Source: Mobula hypostoma (Eukaryota). From it: a stretch of 64,000 bases of DNA. Below, one piece after another: positions 36,701 through 49,300 of this stretch (positions are counted from its first letter, which is position 1; the number at the start of each line of letters is the position of its first letter). The notes beneath the pieces were generated by a model. The model had not been told where the DNA came from and ran no database searches. It was given only the letters and a program-made list of their open reading frames with translations. The translations under genes and the position numbers were made by a program. The stretch lies in NCBI RefSeq assembly GCF_963921235.1, contig NC_086097.1, positions 99,698,001 to 99,762,000 of the forward strand. Direction: 5' to 3'.

Positions 36701-37670
36701 AAAACAAAAAGGGCCGAGACCCTTCAGCAGGATAGGAGAAAAAAAAAGATGAGTAGAGTCCAAAGGTGGGGGGGGGGGGGTAGAAGAGGGGAGGGACTAT
36801 AGCCTTGCAGCAGATTTCCAATGCATCATTCTCTGTAAAATCTACAGGTTTCTACTACCAAGCAGATCTTTATCTCCCCACTCCCAACTTTCTGCAGGGG
36901 TCACTTCCTCCATTCCTCTGATTCCCTTGCCCATTCATCATTCCCCACTAATCTTCTTCCAGCCATTTTTCCCTGCAAGTGACAGAAATGCACCTGCCCA
37001 TTTACCTCTACCCTTACTTCCTTTCAGGCCCCCAAACAGTCCTTTCAGGTACATCAACGCTGCACCTGTGAACCTGTTGGGGTCGTCTATTATATCTGGC
37101 ACTCCTGATGCAGTCTTCTCTACAGTGATGAGACCCAGTGTAAATTGGGGAATCACTTTGTCAAGCACTTCATCTCCATCTGCCAAAAGCAGAATTTCCC
37201 AGCTGCCAATTTTAATTCCTAGTCCCATTCCCATTCTAATATCCTCTTTTTCCACACTGAGGCTACTGTCAGGAGTAGGAGTAACACCTCATTCTGTATA
37301 GCTAGCCTCCAACCTGATGGCATAAACATTGATCTCTCCTTCCGGTATTTTGTTTTTACCTCGCCCCTTCCCTCTCCTTCTGTTCCCCACTCTTGTCTCT
37401 TGCCTCTTTTCACCTGGTTCCCCTTCTTCCCTTTCTTCCATGGTCCACTCTTCTCTCCTATCAGATTCCTTCCTCTCCAGCCCTTTATCTTTCCCACCCA
37501 CCTGACCAACTGGTCCTCCTTCCCCTCTCCTTATTCTGTCATTTTCCCACCATCCCCCTCCCCCACTTCCGCTCCTGAAGAAGCGTCTCGGCCCAAACTT
37601 TGATTGTTTATTCATTTCCATTGATGCTGTGTGGCCTGCTGATTTCCTCTAGCATTTTGTGTGTATCACA
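36700..37670 (+). mobile_element. Penelope-like GIY-YIG fragment with an inverted terminal piece at its 5' end
   Basis: Same family as 1945-2972; 36700-36790 is the terminal repeat in reverse orientation. Confidence 0.7.
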
Positions 37671-37722
37671 GCACACTAGTGTTTGAACAAGCTTTTATCA
37701 GTTGATTTTGTTTCTACTTTAG

Positions 37723-37851
37723 GGACTGCTGTTCAATCAAAGACTCTTGGTCTAGCTAGCAAAATTCCATCATACATAGGAGCAGCTAAGAAAAGCGGAT
37801 TAAAGACTCCCAGCACTGGTAGAAGAACTGGAATGAAACATGCTACTCCTG
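37723..37851 (+). CDS. NUSAP1: NUSAP1 coding exon 5
   Basis: ttag|(G)TAVQSK...ASKIPSY...KHATP+G|gtaaga; phase 1-1. Confidence 0.88.
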
Positions 37852-38189
37852 GTAAGAAATTATTTGTGTTTGCTTATAAAACAGTTTAGTGTACAGAAAT
37901 TGTAGATTGAATTGGCAGTGCTTTTGGTGCTTCGCAGTACTAATATACTAGATGATTCCATTAGTACAGTCAAGAATTTGTAGATTGCAAGAATGATTAA
38001 CACTAATTATAAGATACCTTATGATGGAAGTGCTGAGAATGGCCACTGATGGGGAAAGATCAAAATAATCTTGCAGTTTCCAGCACTGGCACCTCTATCT
38101 TTATAGCATTGTCATATGCCTTTTTTTGAGGTCCATACATGCAATGGTCCGTCAGTAATGAATTAGTATTAGTTGAAATGGTAGACATT

Positions 38190-38600
38190 CTTCCCATCAC
38201 TTTTAGTGAAGTGGTTTGAGTTAGTGGTGGAGAGGAGGTCACTAAACAAACTTCTATCATTTCTGGACAATCAGGCACATCTTCTCCATGACCTACTAAA
38301 TAGGCAGTGGAGCACTCTTTGGAACAGCCTCATTCAGCTCTGCTGTCACAAGGATTGTTACAGAAAATCTTTCCTACCAGATGCAATAAGCATATACAAC
38401 AGTTCATCTGTGCGGCAGGAGAACACACAATAGTTTCCGTTTTATTATTTCATACATTATTGTACATTAAATTATTGTGTATATTATTCTGTACTTTAAT
38501 ATTATATTCATTATTATTGCTTAGTGTTTTTTAAATGCTGCCGTAATGAAATAAATTCCCACTTGGGGTCAATAAAGTACTTATTATTATTATCATTGGC
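38190..38600 (+). mobile_element. Rex1-like LINE 3' end
   Basis: LNKLLSFLDNQAHLLHDLL...YRKSFLPDAISIYN; AATAAA plus (TTA)n tail. Confidence 0.65.
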
Positions 38601-39212
38601 GTTATTAATAATGGAAAAATTGCCGAGTAGAGTGGAGGAATTTCTTTCATAGAGAAAGAAAGGAGATAATTAGCTAAAGAATGCCATCTAACAGATGTTA
38701 GAGACATTCTTTAAATGCATAAAAATTCTACAAAGGAAGTGGGCCAGAAATTGGCAAACATGAACTGTAATTCATGTCTGTCAAAAACAGATTATTAATT
38801 GATTAAAATATACCCTTCGAGTCGCGTCACTCAGCAACCCCCTCCCCCAATTTAACCATAGCCTAATTACTGGACAATTTACAATGAACAATTAACCTAT
38901 TAACTGGTATGAGTTTGGCTTAAGGAGACTGATAGAAAAGGTAAAATATCTGCCAAAAAGTGGGAGAAGGATCTTGAGATAAGAAAAGTATTGTTAAAAA
39001 CATAATGGTCTTTTTGGTAAATGACTATGTTTACCAAGCAGTACATTCTTTTAAATGCTATCAGTAAATGGCAGTTTTTGTAATTTTTGCATCTTTGTTT
39101 TGATATTGGAGTAGTATAATTTTGAACTGGTATTCATTGGAATTAATATCCACATATTAACATTGTTTGGAATTCTGAGATTCTAATGTGCTGTGGTATT
39201 CGGAATTCCTAG

Positions 39213-39325
39213 ACTGGAGGAAGATTCATGAAGCAAATTTCAACAAAATGGAGTCAATTGACTCGTATATTGAACGGAAACGGAAACATCTTGAAGTTTT
39301 TAGTAATTCTATCAAACAAGTGAAG
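39213..39325 (+). CDS. NUSAP1: NUSAP1 coding exon 6
   Basis: DWRKIHEANFNKMESIDSYIERKRKH is the conserved NUSAP1 core; AG/GT sites; phase 1-0. Confidence 0.96.
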
Positions 39326-39852
39326 GTAAGCATAATAAACCATACACAGCAGTGTGTAGTACATGTAGATAAGGTTCATTATATTGTCAAAGTATTCATA
39401 TACAATCCAACTCTGATATTCATTTTCTCCAGATAGCCATGAAATACAGAAAAAACATGGTGGTTGTTGAAAGAAAAGACATCAACTCTTCCACCCCCTC
39501 CCCCATAAGATAAAGAAAAGAAACTTGAAACACCCTCCCTCACGGGGGGTGGGGGGGGGACTGTCAACAATAGCATCGTCCCCAACCCCCTCGCTTGCAG
39601 AAAAGAACAGTGACAATAGCATCAAAACCCTGGACCCCTCTCTCACACCCAAAAACTAACAGTTTGTCCACACAGGAAAAACAAGAAGAAAATCGGGCCC
39701 CAAATCCCCCATCCTCTCCCTCTCACTAAAACTAGCATATTGGCCACAGAAAGAAAACACCAAAAAACTGAAAGAATACTAATATAAAGTACAGCCCAAT
39801 AATCACAAACCTCAATGTCAAAAATATCTTCCTGTTAGCATTTGAGGAGAGC

Positions 39853-40873
39853 CAATCCTTCTGGCACTCATGATAAAATTTTAGGTTTTAATCCTTTGCA
39901 GAAGGGATTAATAGCAATAATTTATGATATAATTATAAAATTACAGCCAGATATATCTGATAAAATTAAAAATGGATGGATGGGAAAGGGAACTTCAACT
40001 TTCCCTACCTACAGAGAAATGGGATAAAATTTTTCATTTAGTTAGTACTTCTATATGTGCTAAACATACTTTAATACAATTTGAAGTAGTACATAGAGCT
40101 CATATGTCCAAAGATAAATTAGCTCATTTTTATTCCCATATAAACCCTACTTGTGATAGATGTCATTCTGAAGTGGCTTCTTTAACTCGTATGTTTTGGT
40201 CCTATCCTCTTTTGGAAAAATATTGGAAAGACATTTTTGATATTTCAACAGTTCTATGCTTCGATTTTAAAAACCCCATCCTATTACGGCAATCTTTGGA
40301 TTGCCAATGGTAGAACATAGATCTTTGTCTTCAGCCTGTCGAATGATAGCTTTTGTCACTTTAATGGTGAGAAGATCTATTTTGTTGAACTGGAAGGAAA
40401 CGAATCCTCCAACTACATTCCAATGGTTTTCTCAAACCATATTAAGTTTAAATTTAGAAAAAAATTAGAAGTGATATTTTTGACCCTTCGGTTAAATTTG
40501 AAGAAACTTGGAAACCTTTTATGCAACATTTTCACATGATGTAATCTGACCTTTCCGAATATTTTTTCTAAACTTAAATTATATGATGAGAGGAGCGGAG
40601 TTAACGACATTAATGAACGTGTCCGATACAAGCTGTTGGTCTAGCCCTGTTTTTTTTCCTTGCGGGGGTTTTTTTTCTTTTTCTTTTGGGGATTTTTTGT
40701 GTTTTTTTTATTTTTTAATGTTTAATCTCATTGAGTTTGTAAGTCTTTTATATCTATGTTACTTAAAATTTATTTTATATATGCTGATGAACATTTTTCC
40801 AATCTCTTTGTACCAACTTTATTATTGAGTTTATAATTTTGAAAAATTAATAAAAAGATTTAAAAAGAAAAGA
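39853..40873 (+). mobile_element. 5'-truncated L1-clade LINE with 16-bp TSD
   Basis: LIQFEVVHRAH...CDRC...MFWS C-terminal motif; AATAAA and A-rich tail; AGCATTTGAGGAGAGC at 39837-39852 and 40874-40889. Confidence 0.88.
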
Positions 40874-42009
40874 AGCATTTGAGGAGAGCGGCTGAACAAA
40901 CTCAATCATTCCATGAAGAGTGACCGCCATGCTGGGTTCAAACACAGCCAACTGGGCTACCGATTGTCATCACCCCCATGAGATCAATCACAGACGACCA
41001 CCCCCACCCGCCTACACCTCGCTGCTTCAAAATGGAGTCATTCATGACCCCACACCCCAGCTCTGGTCTTTTCCACAAGTCAGCTCATGTTCTCGGTGCT
41101 ATTCGGGACCTCGTCTCTGGTCTTCTCCACGGGGCAGTTCTCTGGACGCAACAGAGTGCTAGATAGACAATAGGTGCAGGAGTAGGCCATTCAGCCCTTC
41201 AAACCAGCACTGCCATTCACTGTGATCATGGCTGATCATTCACAATCAGTACCCTTTTCCTGCCTTATCCCCATATCCCCTCACTCTGCTATCTTTAAGA
41301 GCTCTATCTAACTTTTTTTTTTTGAAAGAATCCAGAGAATTGGCCTCCACTGGCTTCTGAGGCAGAGCATTCCACAGAACCACAACCCTCTGTGAATTCG
41401 ATCAAATTCCAAATGCTACGTCTCAGGCTCCAATCTTTAACACAATCAAGACAAAAAGAACCAGCAGAAGATATAGAGAAAGTGGAAATAATTGCAGAGA
41501 TTGGCTATCTGGAAGATGTTGCCCAAGGATTTGTCGTTCACTGGCACCATCTTGACTGGAAGTTTATCTTTCTACAAGCTCTCACGGGGGTAATTTCTCT
41601 CCTTTTATGTAGTCTATTTTCTTATCAGTGCAGTCAGTTGAACCTCTAGCAACCATTCATGCTCCACTAAATTGTGGATACAGTTCCATATAGTCATCAA
41701 TGCCAATCATGGCATGTAGGATTACTCTCTTGGAATATCAGGGCTAATATTAGTATCAGGTGCTTGGGCATTCAAGTCGGTGGAGTAATCACTGATTGCA
41801 CAAAGAAATTACCTTATCTAAATGGCTGAATCACAAGAGAAAATCTGAAGATGCGGAAGCGTGTAGAGCAGGGGGCTAAGCACACATCCCTGTGGTGCTC
41901 CTGTGCTGATGGAGATGTTTTTGCCAATCTGAACTGATCACAACACCATTCAGTCAGCCAATCTATCTCGCTCCTGTGTGCCTCCTGGCTGGCATAGCCT
42001 TCTCATCCA

Positions 42010-42810
42010 GAAGAGAAAATCTGCAGGTGGTGGAAGTCCAAAGCAAGACCCAAAACACTAGGGGCACTCAGCAGGCCTGGCAGCATCCATGGTAAAGAGT
42101 AAACAGTTGATATTTCAGGCTGAGATCTCCATCAGGACTAGAAAGGAAAATGAGTTGGAGTAAGAAGGTGGGGAGAAGGGAGGAAGAAGTAAAGGTTGCA
42201 GGTGAAAGGAGAAACTTGGGGAGGGGTGAAATAAAGAGCTAGGAAGTTGGTGAAAGAGTTGAAGGAAGAATCTGACAGGAGAGGTTAGAAGGCCATGGAA
42301 GAAAGGGAAGTGAGCGGAGCACATGGGAAGTGATGGCAGGTAAGATGGGAGAGAGGAATGGTGAAGGAGAGGGGTGCAATTACTGGAAGTTTGAGAAATC
42401 AATGTTTATGCCTTTGGGTTGGAGGCTGCTCAGGCGGAATATAAGGTGTAGCATCGATTTCTCGAACTTCTGGTAATTGCAACCATCTCCCCCCCTCCCC
42501 CATTCCTATTTCCCTCTCTCTCCTTACCTGCCCATCACCTCCCTCTGGTGCTCCTCTCCCATCCCTTTATTCCATGGCCTTCTATCCTCTCCTATCAGAT
42601 TACCCCTTCTCCTGCCCAATTGACTTCCCAGCTCTTTACTTCACCCCTCCCTCATCCTGGTTTCACCACCACATTCTCACTAACTTCTCATCTCCTTTTT
42701 CCCTGTCCAGATGGTCTCGGCCCAAAACCTCAACTATTTACTCTTTTTTTTTTTTCATAGAAGCTTCCTGGCCTGCTGAGTTCCTCCAGCATTTTGAGTG
42801 TATTACTTGA
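42010..42810. mobile_element. Head-to-head inverted pair of Penelope-like terminal fragments
   Basis: 42010-42450 is the reverse orientation and 42450-42810 the forward orientation of the same repeat. Confidence 0.75.
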
Positions 42811-43732
42811 AAAGTGGTAGTTAATTGAATTTGATTAGGATACTTTGGTCAGATACTCTACAGGTACACCCTACGTAAGACCATAAAATGTAATCTAGCA
42901 AAAACAGCAAGATCTGATAAATCATACCAGTGATCAGAAGAACTTCAAATGTGATCCAATTGCTAAAGGACTCTTTAATGAAACTGATCTTTAAGGACAA
43001 AAAATTAATTCAGAATTTTCACACGCATGAGTTGGCAATGTACTATCTCAGCAAAACTTTAAAAATTGTGCCTTTTAGAACTTCTAAGTTCTCCAATACA
43101 AACCACTCCTTAGAATTTCTTTCTTGAACTTCTCACAAGCTCTCAATATTTAAAAAAAAACTTTTGAAGTATTTATTAGTTATTTAGCATTACATTTGCA
43201 GAGACATTTAAGATTCCTATAGGGCCTATGATGCCACATTTCAAGAGTGTTGATTAATTTCTGTTTCATTGCTTTTTAACCAAAGTTTCTGAGCATGCTT
43301 TATTCTAATTCACTTAATTGTTATGATCGATTCTGCAGACAATTTTGTTTGGAATGTTGATTTAGTGTTGTGTGGGTGGCAGTATGGTGTGGGGGTGTAA
43401 TTTCTGATCCCTTTGCTCCCAATGCTGATTTTACATTTATGCCTGTATGTAAATAACAATCCACTGTCTTTTAATATTAACTAATCCATAGTTTTTAACA
43501 TTTGAACTACATCACCTCACCAGACAAGGCAGAGCAATTGGATAACTTTGAGATCACATTCAATTCCATATTGGAAGTTTCTTTCAAGATCTAATAAATT
43601 CAAAAATGATTCAACTAACATGAAAATAGTGTAAATTCTATAGTAATTTCTATAGTGTAAATTCTTTAGTAACCCAGTTTAAAACTAGCCTTGTAACTTA
43701 AATATTTGACCAAGCTTATTTAATGATTGTAG

Positions 43733-43798
43733 ATGTTGGCTGAAAGTTCCATTCATCACAAAACATCTGAAACACAGCGTCCAGGGAACAATGTGAAG
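43733..43798 (+). CDS. NUSAP1: NUSAP1 coding exon 7
   Basis: tag|MLAESSIHHKTSETQRPGNNVK|gtaagt; open frame, phase 0-0, consensus donor. Confidence 0.72.
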
Positions 43799-44940
43799 GT
43801 AAGTACAGCATTGATGAAATAACATTGCAAAGTTTGTCACTGAGATGGAACTTATTGGTGATAGTGGAAGAGCTGAAATGCCTAGGCACTTTTTAATTGA
43901 GGATTGAAATCTATGATACAGCTGATGCTCCCTATGGTGGCATCTAATTTATTAAACACATGAAACTGATTTAGACATTTATTTATGGGATGTGCCTCCC
44001 TTGCAGGATGTCCATTTATTTTTCATCTGTAATTCACTTTTTTTTTTTAAAAAAAGTGAGCATCCGCAATTCATTGGTTGAAGATATTCCAACCGTGTGG
44101 TTTGGGCAGAGTGCTTCAAAATTTGGACTTGATAATATATTTCCAAGACAGGACCATGTGTGCAAGTTAAAAGGAAATTTGCAGATGGTGGTGTTCATGT
44201 GAGCATGCTACTTGGCTGCCTTGTAGGGGTTGTGGATTTGGGAAGCATACAGTACTCTGTACATTGAGATATAACACTTCGAGGGTTGCATTTGCTACCC
44301 CTTTTGATTCTGCATCCCTAATGCACTGAAACTCACCCTGGTGGCTGCAATTTTATCCTATCATCTGACTGCACGCCATCTTTGCTTTTTTTTTTCTCAT
44401 CCATCCCTTCACTCCTGTTCCCACTACCCTGCCAAATTAGTTCAAACCCTCCCCAGCTGCTCTAACAAACCTGTCCACGAGAATATTGGTTTACTCTCGA
44501 GCTCGGGTGCAATGGGATATTGTTGTGGGAAATTAAATGTTCTTGAATGTTGAACATGGGTGGTTAAATTGTCTGGAGAAGGTTATTGCTTGGTAGTTTT
44601 GTGGTGTAAATGGTTTTTTTTGTCACTTATCAACTTAAGTGTTCTTTCGGTCTTGCATTATTTTGAGTATGAATAGATTTGAGCATACTCAAGTCCCTGA
44701 CCCTCCAGATCTTGTGATGAAAGAAAGTTATTAATAGAGCAGATTAATTAAGGCTCAATGACAGTATAGTAATGTGATGAATATGTTTGCCACTATCTTG
44801 TTCTATCCTGCAGTCTCCGGAAGCTGACAGATAGGACTAAAGCTGCTGTTAATCAAAAATCACATCAAAAGCTACTTTTCTGGCTTTTTGATTTAATTGT
44901 ATGAATTTATGACATTTTCTATTCTCTCTCTTTGCTTTAG

Positions 44941-45095
44941 AAATCACTGAATGGACCTCAGAAGAGCTTGGCTTTGATTAGCCCACTGCAACACACAAAA
45001 AATAATAAATTATCCACGCCCGCCAACCAAGCTAAGCTGCCACGAACCTCTGTCTTCAAACCATCTGTGCACTCTGTTTCCAAAATGAATGTTCG
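44941..45095 (+). CDS. NUSAP1: NUSAP1 coding exon 8
   Basis: Strong pyrimidine tract; KSLNGPQ...SVFKPSVHSVSKMNV+CG|gtaatg; phase 0-2. Confidence 0.88.
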
Positions 45096-45372
45096 GTAAT
45101 GGCTTTTGCTATATTTGTTAGCAATATCCAGATAAAACCTTCCTATCAATTCTTTGTCCCCTTTTAACTCCATTTTCTATGTGCCTTTCTTTGAATATTG
45201 TACAAATTTAATACATAAATATTGTAATTTTTAAGGAATAAAAATGAAGTTGGTGTAGAGGTACATTTTAATGTTGTGCTTATTCATAACTTCAGTTTTA
45301 TGTTTTAGTTCATTTCATTTTTTGACATTTTTCACCTGTGTTAAATAAGTAATTATACTTTATGCTGTTCAG

Positions 45373-45560
45373 CTTTACAGAATGTACCAAAAATACTGAG
45401 AAAAAGCACACTGCAATGAAAACTCCATGCAGAATGTCACCATACACAGAACCATCCAGTGATCTTGACACTGAAGAGGTGAAAATAAACATGGTTTCAC
45501 AACCAAAGAAACTAAAGGACCAGAAAGATGCCAGCTGTACAGAACATACTCAGAGTAAAG
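45373..45560 (+). CDS. NUSAP1: NUSAP1 coding exon 9
   Basis: (R)FTECTKNTEKKHTAMKTPCRMSP resembles NUSAP1 RFSAATKDNEHKRSLTKTPARKS; phase 2-1. Confidence 0.92.
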
Positions 45561-46128
45561 GTACTGTTGTATCCCTTTGATTGTTTTTATGTGCATACCA
45601 CATCTCAACATGTTAAATATTTGGCACTTGGGGCTAAATTAGGTTTTTTTAAAAATCAAAAATTTTTAATAATTACAAATTGGGTTCCCATTATCCAACA
45701 TCAACGTAGAGTGAAGATCCATTTTAACCATGTTCATTGTCTGAAGTAGTCTTGCTCAGTTTCTGTGTAAATAGTCAAATACACAGTGTACCGAAGGAAG
45801 GTCTGGCTTGAGAGGTAAGAAATTAGATATTGCCCATGTTCAGGTAGCCTACCAATCACTTTTATCAGTCTTGAAAAGGAGAAATAACCATTGTACCTTC
45901 CTTATCGGAAGCACTAATTTCAGAGGAAGCCAAATATGTGACTGCAAACATTCCATTTGTAGCAAACAACGGAATTCGGTATCGTAGATGCTGGGGCTTT
46001 TTCTTTTAATTAGAGATTTCTATTTGTAGAATATATCAATAAGCACTTTCAATAAAATGAGCCACTAGGCACCAAAGGATAATGGTGTACTAATTAACTT
46101 GTTTGCGGGTTGTGTTTCTTGTTTTCAG

Positions 46129-46233
46129 TGGTTACTCCATTCAAGTTTTCTAGCAATGCCACTCCTGGAACCGGCAAAAAGTTCGACCTGCAAGCCAGCT
46201 TGTCTCGGCCTCTTGGATACAAGCCACACAAAG
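46129..46233 (+). CDS. NUSAP1: NUSAP1 coding exon 10
   Basis: VVTPFKF...[19 protein letters not shown] is the conserved C-terminal microtubule-binding region; phase 1-1. Confidence 0.96.
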
Positions 46234-46999
46234 GTTGGTATACATTGGTTCAAGTGAGCTTTTGGGAAGATTATATGCGAGTAAAAGTATTGTGGAACTT
46301 TTGGTTTAGGATTCCAAGATCTTGCAACGTAGGGCACCACTTGTACTTATTATCAATGATCTCCAAAGCAATTCATTCAATGCTATTATTCATATAGTTC
46401 ATGTTGTATGACATGAGTGATCATGGTCTTTCATCTGTCTCTAATATGACCATGATTGTTCTTGGCTTGGCAAATGTTTCTACACAAGTGGTTTGCCATT
46501 GGCACCTTCAGGGCAGTGTCTTTACAAGAGGGGTGATGCCAGCCATTACCAATACTTTTCAGAAGTTGTCTGCCTGGTGTCAGTGGTTGCATAACCAGAA
46601 CTTGAGTTGCACCAGCTGCTCACACAACCATCCACCACCTACTCCCATGGCTTCACATGACCCTGATCAGGCGGCTAAGCTGATTTTACACCTTGCCCAA
46701 GGGTGACCTGCAGGCTAGCGGAGGGAAGGAGTGCCTTACACCTCCTTTGGTAGAGATACATCTCAACCCTACCCATTCATGCAGTACTTTTTTCTAAATT
46801 ATTCACTTACTTTAATTTGAAGTTATAATTAATTTCACTTCCACTAAAGAATGGTTCTACAAGGCACTAGGGCCTGTGTACTCCCCCTGCCCTGCCCCCC
46901 CCCCAGCCAACTCCATAACTTTTCTGATGGATGTTGGGGTTTGGACAACAGTGTGTGTGGTAGCAATTCTCTCGAAAGGATTAAGGGCCAGCCCTTCGA

Positions 47000-47230
47000 G
47001 CCACACTGCCCAGTAACACCCAATTTAATCCTAGCCTAATCACGGGACAATTTACAATGGCCAATTAACCTACTAACCAGTATGTCTTTGGGCTGTGGGA
47101 GGAAACTGGAGCTTGTGGAGGAAACCTATGCATTTCACAGGAAGACTCGTTACAGATAACATTGGAATTGAACACCAAACTCTGATGCTCCGAGCTGTAA
47201 TAGCATTGTGCTAATGGATATGCTACAATG
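47000..47230 (-). mobile_element. SINE-like repeat (partial copy also near 38835-38920)
   Basis: Both sites share an aatttaa..tagcctaat...ggacaatttacaatg...attaaccta segment. Confidence 0.6.
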
Positions 47231-48049
47231 GCTCTGAGCTGACAATGTTCCCAACCAGGTTCAAGCATACTTACAATCAATATCTGAGAGTTAAGCATAG
47301 CTATGGGCCGACAGCTGCATGGCTTGAGAAATTAAACTCCAATATCCATGAATATTTTTTCTGGAACAGTGTTGCTAATCCATGTTTGTGACTGACATTT
47401 GTTTCAGATCATAAATGGTGCCTTCATGGTAGAGTATCAACATGATGTTGCTCAACAGTATAACACAGAAATGGGTCCTTTGGACCATCTTATCATGAAG
47501 TAATTATCTTAATGCTGAAGGACATAGCTATACTAAATGTATGTGAAGGATGACTGATGGTACTCAACAATGTCCAAGAGATGAGTATTTTCAGTTCAGA
47601 GCACTAAATTCTATATGGACTGTTTAGAAGTCACTTTTATTATAGAAACAAGTGTAATCTATTATTTATTGTTGCATTCAGAAGTGACTAAGCAGATCAT
47701 ATAGACCCTGGCTTTCATGAAGTGGATATGTAACAGATTCAGCAGCTTCAATTAAAATATTAAAAGTATATTGGTAACATTGCCATCTACTCTATTAAAT
47801 TGACATTTCACTGGGTCTGGTCTGTTTGCAAAAAACAAACCTAACCGCTAATGAGTTTCTTCTAATCTTCAATATGGTAAGAAACATGTTTTGACAGAAT
47901 GTTTAGTTTATCAGTGTGCTTAATAAACATCTGGAAGGAATGTAGGATGGCTTGAACAAGAAATCTCAGGAGTCAAAACTAGTGAGATATGACAGTATTT
48001 TGTTAGTGCCTAGTATTTACAATTTGTGTTCAGGTTTGACAACAATAGA

Positions 48050-48555
48050 CCTCACTTGGAGTATTACGAGCAGTTTTGGGTTCCATATCTAAGAAAGGAT
48101 GTGCTGGCATTGGAGAGGGTCGAGAGGAGGTTCATGAGAATGAAAGGGTTAATTTGAGGGTGCTGGGTCTGGACTCTAGTTTAGAGGAATGAGTAGTGAT
48201 CTTATTGAAATCTCTCAAATATTGGAGAGGTTGTTCCCTATAATGGGAGAGTTTAGGATCAGAGGGCATAGCCTCAAAATAGAAGGGAGTCCCTTTGGAA
48301 CAGAGTTTAAGAGGAATCTGGAAGTCAAAAGAGCCAAAGACCGATGGATCTGGAATTCGTTGCCACGAATGGTTGTGGAGGGCAGGTCATTGAAAGCAGA
48401 GTTTGGTCGTATCATGGTCAGGGTGTCAAAGGTTACATGGAGAAGGCAGGATAATGGGGTTGAGAGGGATAATGAATCGGCCCTGATGGAATGGTGGAGC
48501 AGACTTGATGGGCTGAATGACCTAATTCCACTCCTAGGTCTGATAGTCTTATGAT
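48050..48555 (+). mobile_element. CR1 3' end fragment
   Basis: RPHLEYY.QFWVPYLRKDVLALERV-like segment followed by CR1 3' UTR. Confidence 0.8.
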
Positions 48556-48610
48556 TTGAAAAGTTCCAAATTTCTGATCACTTTTACCCAATGTCTCTTT
48601 TTGTGTTTAG

Positions 48611-48710
48611 GAAAATTAAGACCCTGGGAGGACACCAGAGTAGCTGAAAATAAGTCACAGAATACAACGTTCTCTGCTCAGAATTATAAACAGCCAAAAT
48701 TGCAGACAAG
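48611..48710 (+). CDS. NUSAP1: NUSAP1 coding exon 11
   Basis: GKLRPWEDT...NYKQPKLQT+AG|gtaagg; phase 1-2. Confidence 0.95.
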
Positions 48711-49212
48711 GTAAGGTTTCACTCCATTACATTTGTAATCCACTAATCATTGCCTGAGTGACAAAGATGTCTAGTTTTAGAATATGATAACTATTTTAGT
48801 GATTCTTGGGATGTGAACTTACTGGTATGCATTTTAAAGCATTGCTTCCTTGTGTCTTTGCTGTCCTAGCAGTTAAGGTAAACCTAATGTGTAAGATTTT
48901 GACCCGGTAGAGATGAAGGACAAGACATTTAACCTCCATGGCAGTGATTTTAAGAAAGGAGAACAGGGAAATTGTTTGGGGTGCAATTGATCCTTCACTT
49001 AATTTTTCTCTTAACCCTGAGGTTCTGAAAGAAATATCTTTTTTTCTGGCTTTGTGGCCTGAATGACTAATTTTGCTAGAGTATACTGTAATCTGACATC
49101 TGTCCTGAATTTTGTTTACTCTTGCATCAGTGTTAGCTGATGTGGAAGTCTCAACCTTACATTCAGGAAGCATCATCATTGCTGGGAGAATTTACCCTCT
49201 ATTCCATTACAG

Positions 49213-49300
49213 GGAAAATCGACGGGAGAAGTTGGTGGAAAAGAGGAAGGAGATAAAGAACCACATGATGGGAGCAAGGCGAGGCTTGGTCATGGAGTGA
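49213..49300 (+). CDS. NUSAP1: NUSAP1 coding exon 12 (stop)
   Basis: (R)ENRREKLVEKRKEIKNHMMGARRGLVME*; the exons total 1449 nt in one frame. Confidence 0.95.
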
